DNA of 64,000 nucleotides, from NCBI GenBank assembly GCA_002269645.1, contig NIVC01003106.1:1-64000 (forward strand). Direction: 5' to 3'. Positions within the stretch are counted from its first letter, which is position 1. Every line of letters starts with the position of its first letter. Origin of the DNA: Macrostomum lignano (lineage: Eukaryota). Shown here in pieces: positions 1 through 35,813 of this stretch. The notes under the pieces were generated by a model. It was not told where the DNA came from, did no database searches, and saw only the letters and a list, made by a program, of their open reading frames with translations. Made by a program: the position numbers and the translations under genes.

Positions 1-1071
1 GCCTCTGTCCGGAATGCTTCAATTCAAAGTAGTTTCTGAATCTACCTGTGCTAATGTACGACACCGGTGCAGAGAGTAAAGACTGTCGGTGCCGCAATCA
101 TGCACTGCCGTCGAACGAAAATGGTTTGTGCTGGCATATTATGTAGATATTCAAATTTAGCTTTACTTTTAAAACTTTAGTTTACATAAACGTGCTTCTA
201 TTATAGACTATAGCAAATCCAAAAGGTCCTCGTTGCTTCAGTACAATAAAGTCACAGTCTGTAGCGATCACTCAGCCATCAGCTTTGGCAGGATCAGTTA
301 TTATCTGTAAGCTAGTCAACGATTCTTTTGTGCTAAAGCTGTCGCCGCTAAATTTAGGTGAGTTTTAATTACTTAATTATCGCAAACAGGTTGGATTCAT
401 TATCATGGCTTCAGTGCGGTTCTGAATCTAAACACATGAACTTGTGGACTTTCATAAGCTCGATATTTTATGTTGTCGAAATCAGAAAGTTCGATCACTT
501 TCATGAAGTCAAAACTTCATAAACTCTAATTTTGAAATCGTAAAAAGTATTGCAAGTCACTTCTACGAGTTTGAGACGTAAAAAAAGCGAAAAAATCTAC
601 CATGAAAAATTTTGACCTCGTGAAAGCGACCCTTCGACCAACTAATGATGATTGTAAATAAAGCCGAATGAATTACTGAAATGTCTGCAGCAACACAGGC
701 AAAAAGCTTTTAGCTAAAATTAATATAACTGCAGATGGCAGGCTCGCTACAGTGTGGGAGCGACCGGCACTGATTGGTTTAGCAGTAGCAACTGTCGTTT
801 CTGTCCTGGTTGCAGCTTTCTTTTTTTGCTCGAAACTCGTCAAAATGAGCAGAGGTCAGCAAAATCCGTCAACTGAACTCGTGATGCAGCAGCTAGCTAC
901 ATCTGCCTCTGTTGCTGTTTGCAATCAAGATTACGGTGAACAAGATTGTGTAAGTTGTGTGCAATTAATTTTTACAATTATTTTCTCAAACACAGGATTT
1001 ACATAGCTCACAAAGTAACTAATCAATCATTATCATTCTAGATAGAGGACAGGGAAATCTATGTTGCTTAA
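1..1071 (+). CDS. 3' part of a single-pass membrane receptor gene (paralog of the 3854-8366 gene): Ig-like repeat exons, TM helix, short Tyr-containing tail; apparent frameshift in first exon
   Basis: Exons ~1-123, 207-357, 735-949, 1042-1071 with GT-AG sites. SGMLQFKVVSESTCANVRHRC aligns with TGLAQFRVVSTSACARVRHRC (~7178-7240) with mostly third-position changes. PKGPRCFSTIKS..AGSVIICKL aligns with PVGPQCLSSVTS..AGSVIECRK (7370-7532). TM: ALIGLAVATVVSVLVAAFFF; ends IEDREIYVA*. In-frame TAA at 77-79; this exon is 2 nt longer than the paralog's. Confidence 0.75.
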
Positions 1072-1232
1072 ACGGCTGGTCCAAATCCTAACTTAATTAA
1101 AACCTTCACCTACAATTACAGAATGTATTTGTTGTTTTGTAAAAATACTATGGAAAACTATTTTAGATACCGATAATAAGAAAGATGCCATTAAAACTTT
1201 TTGCCACTAACAGCCATTCAAATATGGATTAG

Positions 1233-1510
1233 GAGTGTGGAAACTGCCAGTGCCTTCCAAATATGTTACAAATCCCTATAATTGGTCTGGGCTGTCGCTT
1301 GGGAAAAAAACTTGTCACGATTAACAACACAAATGACAAGCCTGGTAAAGTTACGACGCAGTCTTTGGACCTGCAACTGGCCATATACTCAAAGACTGTC
1401 AAAAATCCCTGTGGGGCAAACTCGGCTTGCAAAAGTTATTTAGAATTGTCCATGGTTTCATTTATCCGTCGTAACTGCTATCGCAAAATGAAGTGTACGT
1501 TTTCGTGAGG
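1233..1510 (+). pseudogene. Orphan degenerate copy of a receptor exon
   Basis: VPSKYVTNPYNWSGLSLGKK / NNT..KVTTQSL resembles AASKYVTNLYD / LSFGKK / NNTAWKVSSQSF at 5655-5790, with small indels. It lies after the stop codon of the upstream gene. Confidence 0.5.
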
Positions 1511-2279
1511 CCATGTGAGACTGCCATTTAAAGAGAATTAAAGTTCTCCTGTGAAATTCAGATTTTGTGTAGAGTGTGTAGAGTAATTGCATAATTATAT
1601 TCCGGGGACATCAATTACTGCATGATTGGAAATTAAAGTGATCAATACGCACTGATTATTTCAATAAGGTCCCAAATCAGGTAGACTGCACTACTGAGAA
1701 GAAATTTTACGCGCAACGATTATTTCGTCACAAATAACATTGAGTGGTAAGCTACGTTTTTATTATAAAATACAATATTTAGACTGCTAGTTGGACCGTC
1801 AAAAGTATACTTTACGTAAATATAGATATGCGGTAAAGGTTTAATTTTTTTGTTATTATTCCTTAGATATTCTTTGATGATGTTGTTATTGGCTTTTGTT
1901 TATTCCGCTTTTCACGCGCAATAATTTTACCTAAAAATAAATACTAACTCAAAATAAAATTATCGAATTAACTCGCATGCTCATGTGCCAGCGCTATTTT
2001 TTATAAACTCTGTTTTTTAAGCCTTGATATTTTGTCGTTCATTTTTGCTTTACTAGTAACCAAGTTGACTTAATACATTAGCTTTTCTCGTTTTTTACGT
2101 AAATTCATTTTTCCTGTCATTATTAATTTTAGCATTATCAGAAGTAAGTATACGTAAATAAAAAACTGATTTTATATTGTAACTTTTCTGCTAATAAATT
2201 CTTTTACGTATTTTTTGTTTAAAATTGTCCGCCATATTTAGTAAAATTAGTATATATACGCGCAAATAAACTTCTTCTT

Positions 2280-2929
2280 TTTGCATGCTCTTCTGGCGAT
2301 TGCTCCTAGCTGAGTCTGGAGTATGAACAGTTTGTTCTAAAAATAGAAGTGATTCAGCTTTCAGTTTCCTTTCTTTCCCAATAAATAACCCTCTATTCCC
2401 TTGAAGCGCCGACTGCTTCTCCCCTCCCAGCGAACACTTCCCCTCCCCCCTAGTTGAAAGAACTGTGCTCCCCTCGACCCCTCTCCCCAGTTGTGTGTGC
2501 ATTCAAGCCTCCCCTTCCCCTTCCCCTAACGCAAAGGCCGCCCAGTCCCTGCGCGCTCCTAGCGACTTATCCCAAGTTTTTTAAAATTTAGACAAATCCT
2601 CTTCCCCTATACTCCTTCCCCATTAGGCCCATCCCTTACCTAATGTCAGCATTCCCTATTAAATATTGAAATTCCCCATTAGTGCGTTTCCCAGGAAACT
2701 CTAATCCATTGCGTAGCCCTATTCGGATTAGTTTATATAGACAGTGTCTTGCCGCTCGGACACTCACGCTGCCAGGAGTAACTTTAAAGCATACTCCTTC
2801 TAGTAGTGATATTTGCATATTTTCTCCCTAAATTCTAAAGACCCCCCCGAAATCCCCTGTAATAATCTAGTATCAGCAACAGAATAAAGTTAATAAACCC
2901 CGACCCCTACAACAATTTGGTAACAGCAG
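2280..2929 (+). mobile_element. Degenerate LTR relic ending at ~2914 with mutated tRNA-Leu-type PBS
   Basis: AATAAA signals, ...CTACAACA end, then TGGTAACAGCAG (2918-2929), which equals TGGTGGCAGCGG with three G>A changes. Shares tagacagtgtctt(g/a)ccgctc with 9309-9330. The left boundary is approximate. Confidence 0.5.
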
Positions 2930-3237
2930 TATAATTATTAACACAGAGCCAAGAGGCCTATCACACTCACAACATCTTGAAACAGACTTAGATTTTAAAA
3001 AAAAACTATTGTTTCGATCAAAGTTACAATAAATTTATAAGTGATTTTTAGGCTACAAGCTTTCAGGCCAAAATGATGACAGGGTTAACATGTTGATAAT
3101 ACTCTAACACCGACGGAGACTCAAACCTTTTAGTCAGCCTTCATTTAAGATGAAAAAAGCATATTCATTCTGATTTAAACCTAGATCTAGTAGATATCCT
3201 GAGCATACAGGGCGGTGCAGCGCTCTTTTTTGTTAGC

Positions 3238-3500
3238 GGCCTAGGCTCGATTCCAAATGCAGTCACATTACTTTGGATCATCTCGGCTTAGCTCTGCTCG
3301 TGCAATTAATGCTCTTGAGGGCCAACCCCCAAGGCACAGTGAAGTGTACATGCCTAACGATAAATAAAATTAGCGCCACTGTACACCTTGTGTGAGTGTG
3401 TGCCTGTGCGTATGACTGCGTACGTATCCGCGCGCTTGTGTGTCTGCTCAGGGGAGTCGGCGGAATGGACAATAATGCCTGACGCCGTTTGTGTGACAAT
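3238..3500. repeat. Interspersed repeat; inverted second copy at ~38994-39260
   Basis: Its reverse complement matches 38994-39260 (e.g. gcgcggatacgtacgcagtcatacgcacaggcac; ttaggcatgtacacttcactgtgccttgggggttg). Confidence 0.8.
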
Positions 3501-3853
3501 GCGGCTAAAGTTCCTAAAGCTCCTGCCTCTAATATTGAATAACCATGCTTATCAAGAATAGGCGTATACTATTACTGATGGAAACTATGCCATTGATTTT
3601 TACAAAAATCACTAAATTTAGACATGCTTTTCCACAGTTGGATGCTGAGATATAAATTTTACTCATCATAATAATGTGCTACGAGTATAAAAATACCTCA
3701 TAGCGTATTTTAAATACTGTCCGCAAATATTGTTTTGAAAAGTACTCAAGACAACCAATAAACCAACTTGCCTTCAGTATACAATTAAACACGATTGGGC
3801 ACTAAAAATTCCAGATGTGACCCAGAAAGAGACCTGTTTACAATAAGTGAGCC

Positions 3854-6800
3854 ATGTTATCGACTATACTGCTTCACACGCTGTTAACTCTGACAGTCAA
3901 TTTTAACATCGACTTAATCCAAAGATAACTTTTCAGTGGAAAAGAGATCGCAGATGATTGTGGAACTGTATTAAGCGTTTGTTTATATCAAGTGAATAAA
4001 AGAGTTCAATCTATCTTAAAATTCAAAGCTATCTCAGAAACCGTTCGCGCACCACAAAGGCAATTATTAGCTCTTAACCAAAATGTTGATAACAGCGAAC
4101 CTGAAGGCTGTCTGCCTTCTTTTTGTTATAAACCATGGAATCAAGTTACTAGCGGGTGAGTTTTTTATTACAGTGATCCAAACGAAGTGCTGTTGCCGAC
4201 GTTAACCTATCGGAAATGAGAGGCGCGCACTCCGCCATTTCGTCGATTTTTAAACATCCAAAAATGCTTTCAAACTTTCAGCTAAAACCCCAGGAAACTG
4301 CAGAGCACCGTCTAATTTAACTGAAATGCACGGAAGCGTCACACTTAGTCCTGCTGCAATCGACTACAATGCAAAGCTAGCAAACAGCTTCGATCACTGC
4401 TGGCTTTTAAATCCAGGTGCCGGCTTATCGATAAAAATCTCATTTTCTACGGTTGACATCGTCTGTCGCACTGTTCACGTGTATGGAAATATAAAAAATT
4501 ATTTAGTCCGGTAGAAAATTTTCAAATTTTAAGAAATGCTTATTCACTGTCGGAATACTGGGTGTCCGCACCAGCTCTGCTGAGATGTTCTATCAAAGGT
4601 GACAAGTGGAAATCGGGTTTCCGGTTTCATTATGAATCTTCCGCTCCGTTCAATGTTCGTTTGCAGGGATTGATAACAGAAAGAAGTAAATAATTTTTTT
4701 TTTATTTTTTTCATGACAATTATACAACCCAAATATTTTCCTACCAAACAATTGGACAGATATACCCGTAGAAATTATCAGAGAAATCTGGGGAATACGA
4801 ACGAGTCATCCGGAATTCGGTTCAAGAAACTACACCAATCAGCTGATCAAGGCTTGGAGTATTCATGCCGAGGAGTTTCAAATTGTTCGAATTTATTTTA
4901 ATTCGTTTCATTTAGAGGCCGGCAACGACATATTGCAGATATACAAAGGTTTGGTGTCTGATATTGGTTCCTATTCACTATTGAATTTAACCGGAAAACA
5001 TGACAAGGTCACCAACAATGTGCTGAATTTCACTGGAAGCGTGACGCTTGCGTTGAAAACAGATGAATATGTCGTGAGGCCCGGGTTTCAGTTTCAATTC
5101 TGCGTTGAAGACAGTTCTTCCATTGGTAAGTTTTCTACCATTTTGTAACGTTTTTTTCCATCAGCAAAAGCTTGGTTTGCAAAAATGGGGGCTGCTAACC
5201 GCCAGCGCTGTAGGTTAAGCAGAATGGTTTTGGTTTTGAATGGTTTTGAGTGCCAAATTTTATGGGGCAAATTGATACTTCAATTCACTTTAAATTTTAG
5301 GAATGCTACTTTGCTTAAGAAATGCTAAAAACAAGAAGATTATTGCAAGATTATTGCATTATAAAATTGATATTATGACGAAAATATTTTATTTGTATTC
5401 CCAACATGTTTCGCTGTAACTTGCAGCATCGTCATGTGACAGCATTCTGTAATGGGACGGTAATAAAATGAAAGTACGGGCCAAGAGTTTTAAAACAGGT
5501 TTAAGTAGCCGTAGAATGGTCTAAAAATTCTAAGAATAGTACTAGCCCCCTTTTCTGTCAGTTGTACATTTCTGGTAGGCTTTAACTGTTTGATGTACAG
5601 GGCTTTCAACACATTTAGCTTGTGGTGGTGTTGAATCCGATCAAAAATTCAACAGTAGTGCTCCCAGCCGCATCCAAATATGTCACGAATCTCTATGATT
5701 GCGCTGGCGGCTGTCGTTTGGGAAAAAACTCATCAGGAGAAACAACACAGCCTGGAAGGTATCGTCACAGTCATTTCACTGTGTTAGCAACGTAACGAGC
5801 TTTTTCTTTGTAACAAACGATAGTGAAAATAAAATACAAAAAGATTTTTGTAATCTCGATTATTCATACCGATCGAGTTAACAACTTTCATATTTACACG
5901 AAGTTCCACTGAACCATACTCTAATTTGAGTTATTAAAAAAGTGCATCTTCAGATTCACTGCAGATTGAGCTACTACAGCCTGACCAGTGGCCATTGAAG
6001 GGCTCGGTCCAATTTCGAACATTAGCGGAAAGTCGCTGCTCCGTTCCGAGAAAATGCGAACTGTCAATATCTAGTCGTAATAGCTCGATTGTCGCGGCTC
6101 CATTAGCAGCTTCGGTATGCTTCGCTGATTTATAAGTTTTTGGCCGTTGTTCAATTTTTATGCATTTAATTGTGACGATGAAACTTTAGGTAGAACAACA
6201 AACAAAAGGTGCACATGCCTGCACTAGTCCAGTAACTTCGCTATTCTCAGTGAACGTTAAGCCCTCAGACATCAATGGTTCAGTTATCGAGTGCCACCTA
6301 TTGAATGGAAACATTGTGTCACGTAACTTGCCTTTGATGAACTGTAAGCATATACGCTTTTCAAAAATAGTTTTGAAGTTACATTTTTTACAGTTGTCTT
6401 TATCTGTTTGTCCCACAGGGACAAGCGAAGTGATATGGGATGCAGACCAATGGTCCAAGAAGTCCGCTTCAGTGTTTAAAGTTGCTTTGCAAACTGCTGC
6501 AAAAGACACATCAGCAACTTGTCGATTGTACAAGGAATGTGGAAACCGTTTCATCCAAGTTTATCCCCAATCGGTAATTATCTTCTATGAATAATACTCG
6601 TACTTGCGTGGGACCAGGTATTTTTAAGAGGAGAATAAGATAATAAAAACTCTGGAAAGCAAGTTACGATTGATCATTCCAGGAAAATTGGCAACGGAAC
6701 GGCACCGTGGTTACTTTTGAGTTTCGTCACAGCAGACTCGACCACCAGTGCGTTCGTAGTATCACCTGCGAGTTTTCAGCGGGCGGTCTGAGCAAGTTAA

Positions 6801-8366
6801 AAAAGTCGCTTTACTTGCCTCAAAGTAAGCGTTCAAATGATTAAAAGATTTACTATCTACGAGTATTAAAGACGTCCGTCTATGATGATGAGTCGTAGAA
6901 TCGTAGCGGAGCGATAATGAATGCATGCTTGAATGAAGTTAGACTAAGAGCTTGTATAATTCATGCCCAAGAGGTTGAAACCCCTAGTCGCAATGTGCAC
7001 GAAATGAATCTGATAGTGTTCAGAATCTTGATAGTTTTCAGTGTAACGTTCAACTGAACCTCCTCATTGACTATACGGGTCAGTAGTTTTCCCATTTATT
7101 TAAAACTCATATTGTACTTGCAGTGGATCCGGAGTCTTTGAGCATCGACCTGCTAAAGCCAGAGTTGTGGCTTCGTACCGGGTTAGCTCAGTTCCGTGTT
7201 GTGTCCACGTCCGCTTGTGCCAGAGTGAGACACCGGTGCAAGCTGAGGACAACCAACAGCACAAATATTGCTGCTCAGCTAATACAATTGGTATTCAAAT
7301 TGTGATAACTTGGAAAGTTCTCCTTGTCAAAAATATCACCAGCTGCAATAGCAACTCTTTAAATTTCAGGTAGTTTCCGATCCAGTGGGCCCTCAGTGTC
7401 TCAGTTCTGTGACGTCACACTTCTCCGTTGTGGTTCATCCCGTAACGGACATAGCAGGATCAGTTATCGAGTGCCGAAAGCTAAATGGAAGCTTGACTGT
7501 ACAGCTGAACCTGCCGCAAAAATCGAAGTTCGGTGAGTCTTTGAGTTCAGTTGCCTGAGGATGCAACCTCTTTTATTTGAACTTACCAAAATTTATTTGA
7601 AGGCCCAATTTCGTTTAAAAATAATTGGTGTTAGACTTCTTTTTTACTTTTAGCACTAAACTTCTGATCAAATGGTGCAAGTTTTTTCTAAAATCGATCG
7701 CATACTCCTGGATACATACATACAGACAACTCATTTTTAGCATATGCAAATGTCAATATCTCATCTTTTGGATGGGGCTGTATGCATGCAATTAAAACTG
7801 GAAGCTTCATACGATTGACATTTTAGCTCGCTTTAATGCACTTCAAAGGAAAATTGAAGCTTTGTTATATATACTTGTATTTACGCGGTATTTTAAATAT
7901 TATAATTTCCAGTGCATTAAAAAAACTCAGTGTACAAAGATTAGTTCTAATCGCAGATTAATAATGCGCATTTGCGCATAGGTTTGCAGTGATTAAAGAA
8001 GCTATTAATTATTATCTGCTTATTAGTAATAGGAGAGCCCTACCACAATATTACATCGCATGTTAATTAAATCTGAATGCAGGCGCCAGACTCGTTCCTT
8101 GGTGGAGAATGCCGGTGTTTCTGGTCCAATGGATTGTGATCGCGATTGTCAGTCTGGCTCTGATCTTAACATTGCTCAGTGTAGCCGCGAGTAACTGCAA
8201 AAAATGTCGTCATAACAGACAAAGCAAAGCTGCAAGCAGCAACGCGGCAGCTGAAGCACTCAAAATGGAGTCGAGACCAGCAGCTGCGATTGAGGATCCT
8301 GTAGTTTATTACTCAACAGAAGAAGACAGGCCGCCTTGTTCTAGCCAGGACATGTATGTAACGTAA
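3854..8366 (+). CDS. Single-pass receptor: two CUB domains, about three Ig-like repeats, TM helix, short Tyr-containing cytoplasmic tail
   Basis: CUB1 at ~4282-4640 (CRAPSNLTEMHGSVTLSP..HCWLL..IKISFSTVDIVC..GFRFHY). CUB2 exon 4760-5125 (SHPEFGSRNYTNQ..WSI..IVRIYFNSFHLE..DILQIYKG..LKTDEYVVRPGFQFQF). Repeated exon pairs ~5954-6115/6189-6342, ~6420-6570/6674-6824, 7124-7290/7370-7532 (..GSVIEC..LNG). Last exon 8083-8366 has TM WIVIAIVSLALILTLLSVAA and ends QDMYVT*. Start codon and 5' exons are uncertain, the Ig assignment is tentative, and there may be a frameshift near 5700. Confidence 0.75.
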
Positions 8367-8982
8367 TGTCATGTAATTGATATTATATGACATTCCAGAA
8401 AATACCGCTGTGCACTAACAAATGTTAGAAGTTTACAAACGTACTTAGTCTAGCTGTAGCTTACAAGAAGCAATTCAATATAAATTTTACATTTTAACTG
8501 AGAAGTTCGATCGTTTAATTATTGTTCTTGTAAACCGGCAATTTCATTTAGATCTGCATATGCATTCAAGTATTCAACACTTACCAATGTAAGCAAGGTT
8601 TCAATAATTATCCAGTCTTATGCTCAGTGATTCTAATTCTTTAGTAGCACTGATTATAGCTAAATGAGGCAGAATCCTTATAAACTTTGTATATTACTTA
8701 TAACAGTAGTTAAACCCGAGTTTTAATCACAGCCAATCAGAAATTTTCTTCCACATTTGTTTAATTTCCCCAAACAAATCAAATCCTTTTGTTATAATTT
8801 TAGTAATTGTTAAAATGCGTCCCACCTTCCCCAAATTTTCTGTATTTAAGGAATCAGGTTGACGCTAGAAAAATATAACCTCGGCGATCGTTCTCAATAT
8901 TTGCCTTTAACTATTCTTGCGAGAATCTTTTAGCGAAACAAATCTAAATTTGGCTAAGACTTATCTCGTTATTTCTTTCATA

Positions 8983-9160
8983 AGATAGGGAAACCAGAGG
9001 TCGTGGAGACCCAAAACCAGGACTCTAGATAGGGAAACCAGAGGTCGTGGAGACCCAAAACCAGGACTCTAGATAGGGAAAACCAAAGGTCGTGGAGACC
9101 CAGAACTAAGGATCTGATTAGGAAACCAGAGGTCGTGGAGACCCAAGAATAGAACCTGAG
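8983..9160 (+). repeat. 44-bp tandem repeat (~4 copies) within an LTR-like relic (~8960-9420)
   Basis: Unit agatagggaaaccagaggtcgtggagacccaaaaccaggactct at 8983 and 9027, then two degenerate copies. The segment is absent from the duplicated region near 13750-14230. Confidence 0.8.
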
Positions 9161-10064
9161 TAGGGAGATCGAGATCGTACAGATCCTAAGAAAGCCCTAC
9201 AGGCCAATAATAGGCATTAAGAGATTAGGTATTAGGGAAGTAGATTAGTTACCGCTGGACACCCTTGATCCCCGGAAAATGCTAGACTTTCGGACAGAAC
9301 TAGGGAATTAGACAGTGTCTTACCGCTCAGGCACTACACGCTATCGCAATGTTTCTAGGAAATCGTGTGAAATTAGAAATCTCTAGGAAAGAGTCATAGA
9401 TTAGGGCTGCCAACGCTACTCAAAGTAGATATTTTAGTGACAATTTATAGGATAGAGAAATTAGAACTAAAGAACTGCAGCAACTTGGTGAGATAATTTC
9501 AGTAGGAACCATAAGGGCTAGCACATAAATATTAATTTCCTGTACTAATTCTTGACAAAAGTTACAATTATTTGAAAAACAAACAGGTACTAAATAAAAG
9601 TTATTATTTGAGAATAAAGTTATGTTCCTGATACTTTCATACAAGCAAACTGTTAGAAAATTTGTGCAGGAGAAGAAAAATATTTAAAAAAAATTATATC
9701 AATAACACACCGCTGTGTTCATTAAATATGAACACTCTCTATTGTATATTTATAAAGCAACAATGGGCTGACAAGTTTCTTACGCTAGCTCCTACTGCAA
9801 CTTTTTATAGGACGGTTGAAATGTGTAGTTTTATTTACCATACTAACTTTATTAAAAACCAAACAGTTCAAATGCTCTACGCTCGTATTTGCAGTTCAGA
9901 AAGTAGGTCATTTCACGTAAGCACATACTTTTTACGGGTAGCTGCGAACGTACTTTGATAAAAAAGAACTCAAAAGAGCTAATCGTAACTCAAAATAAAA
10001 GAATCTTAGTCAGAAAGTGCATTTAAAGTTGATACAGCTGTACAACCTAAAACATTAAGCTTCA

Positions 10065-13220
<3,156 letters not shown>

Positions 13221-14447
13221 GTTTGTTGAAATTTAATGCTAAAATGAACAGAATTTAATTCTAAACTGATTCTTTGTCCCACTCTGCTACGAGCGTACGC
13301 TAACTGTTTGAAGTCAAATTAGACGAACTCAATTGACGTTATTGCATATTTAACTCCTAGAGTTCGGTTCTATGGCCAAGAGTGAGCAGGGATAATAAAA
13401 ATAAACCCTTATTATAGTCAAGGAGTTTTATAATTAGCAGGATAATTATAGAACTCCTTGATTCTTGTCGACTCGTAACTTGAAAAAAAACGTGATCGAA
13501 TGCTGGTTGCTGGAGTTGAAAAGCTGTTTTTGTCGGGCAAGGTTCTCCGAGCTCGTTTCTTCAATTCTTCTTCCTCCGGAGTAGTCTTTTTGAATTCTTA
13601 AAAAATAGCCGAATATGAGAGCGTAACAATTAATTCTGTCGACGTCGAAGTATTCGTCGAGTGCAGAAGTCCATACGAGCGTATATTCCTTGAGTGCAGC
13701 AATCAATGTAATCCTACATTTTCACCTAGACGTTCAATTGTTTGTAGTTTTTGTGAACCGGCCATTATATCAAAATCTGAATGTATATTCAAGTACTCAA
13801 CATTTACCAATATTGTAACCGATATTTCAATATTTATCCAGTCGTTTGTCCAATATTTTTAATGAATTCCCTGTACTGATTTTAAGCTAACGTTACTTTT
13901 ATTAGCAAAATTAACCGGTATTGAATAAAAGTTAATTATTTATTCGCCAGAATCATAAAATTATAATTCTAATATTTTCATAATGCCTTTCAATTTCTGC
14001 AGGACACAAATAAAATTGTTGAAATCGAAGATTCGATATTAATAGTGAAGACAAATTAGAATATTTATATATCACAACCCTCTGTGTACATAAAAAATAA
14101 ACACTCTTTATTGTAGACAAAGTATTTATAACAAAACAATGCACCTAAAAAGTTCTTACACTCTTGCTGCTTGTTTTCTTTACCATTCACAATTTAATGA
14201 AAAACCGTACAGTTCTAATGGTCTACACTTGTATTTGTAGTTGAAAAAGTAAGACAGTTCACGTACTCGTAAATATACACTACTTACGAGCGCCTGATTT
14301 TTAGCTAGCTACTTCAAAAGAAAAATGACCAAAAAAGAGCTGCTCTCAACTTGAAAAAATCTTAGTCAGAAAGTTCAGTAGAAGATGGTTCCCAGCTGTA
14401 AAACCTAAAAAACTGCAATCTACCAGCAATGAGATCCACGAGCTTCA

Positions 14448-34113
<19,666 letters not shown>

Positions 34114-34679
34114 GTTTGTTGAAATTTAATGCTAAAAATGAACAGACGTTAGTGCTAAACTGATTCTTTGTCCCACTCTGCTACGAGCGTACGCTAACTG
34201 TTTGAAGTAAAATTAGACCAACTCAATTGACGTTATCGCATATTTAACTCCTAGAGTTCGGTTCTATGGTCAAGAGTGAGCAGGGATAATAAAACAAAAC
34301 CCTAATTATTGTCGACTCCTTACTTGAGAAAAAAGTGATCAAATGCTGGTTGCTTTGAATTGAAAATCTGTGACAAGCTTATGGCATTATGCACCATTTC
34401 TTTCAACACAGTCAACTGTCATATGTCAAATTCCTGCTTTCCTGGAAGTAGCAGTTTAGTTCGATATTCTATTACTATATAATGATGGCTAAATGATTCA
34501 TTAAGACGGTAGGGATAGACAGAAACAGGGCGATACGAACACAGTGAACCTCAGTCGACGAAACGCCGAGTAACTTTGCATCTTCGCTTTAAAGTTGAAT
34601 TTTAGTCAAAACAGTAGAAAAATACGTTATTAAATGGCGGTTCAGTTTTTTTGGCTTTGACTTTGACACCGAGGCTGCA

Positions 34680-35325
34680 ATCTTCTGCCGAGGCGCTGAC
34701 GGACAGGCGAGTGAGCTTCCAAGATGTCAGCAGTTCGTCTACCTCGGCGGTCTGGTTCCCGACGTCCGCGAGGATCTGCGGCGTCGCCGAGGACTTGCCT
34801 GGGCTGCCTTTCGTTCTATAAGGTCAGTCCTGCAGTCCGAGGCCCTACCGGACCGCCAGAGGGCGGCGCTATTCCAGGCGGTGATCGAGACCGTCCTGTT
34901 ATACAACGCCGAGACCTGGACGCTGACAGACTCGCTCAAGTCGACGCGGCGCACGCTGGCCTGCTGCGCGCCGTCTTCAAGATCGGCAACGAGCGAGTCA
35001 CCAACACGGCGCTCTATCATCGCGCCGGCCTGGCCTGTCCTAGCGATCTGCTGCGCCGTCGGCGACTCCAGCTGGCAGGCCACGTCATCCGCACCGAGGC
35101 CTACTGTCCGGAGCCGGTGCAGGAGGTGCTGCTACTTACGTTGCAGGCACCCTACCGGCGGGGACAGGCGAGGACTCGGCGCTACGTCGACGTCTGCTGG
35201 CTGACGCCGGCGCCCCGGACTCTGCCGGCGGTGCGGCCTTTGTTCGCGCCCAAGCTTCGAAGCGCGCCATCTGACGCTGCTTTTGCGAACTTACAGCGTA
35301 CTCTGTTGTTGTTGTTGTTTGTTTG
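34680..35325 (+). mobile_element. 5'-truncated RTE-clade non-LTR retrotransposon
   Basis: FVYLGG..DLRRRRGLAWAAF, FQAVIETVLLYNAETWTL, RRLQLAGHVIR (C-terminal part of RT, with frameshifts), followed by a (TTG)n tail at ~35304-35324. Confidence 0.85.
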
Positions 35326-35813
35326 ATTGCCTGCTCAGTGGCAATGACAAGTTTGTGGGTGTTAGCAAGTGATTTTTTACGCTTTTTTGGTCATATTGGT
35401 TTATCAGTCCGCATCAGTCCCTTAACAGATCCAAGCGCTCTACCTGAGGTGGAGAAACATCCGTCTAGAAAAAATTGCATTGAATGCTTTTTTAAGACTG
35501 GAATTAGGCGCTGGGGGCTGTGTGCACCGTGGCGCACTTTAAGCGACATTGTTGACGTGACGCGAAAGTCAGGAGCTGATTGTTGTTTAATAACTAATGT
35601 GAATGCTTGCGATGTATTTGTAGAATAGCCAAAGTTACTTGACGAGTTAAAGACCGAGAGCAATAGCTTAAATATTGTAAATATTGAATTTCACTGATGC
35701 ACTGGCTAAGTGAGTGGAGAGGGTACAAAATGGTAGAGACTTAAGGGGCGAGGCAATGGCTAGCGCAATGATTCACATTGAACAGAGTAGAGTACACGCA
35801 GATCGCAAGCTGC

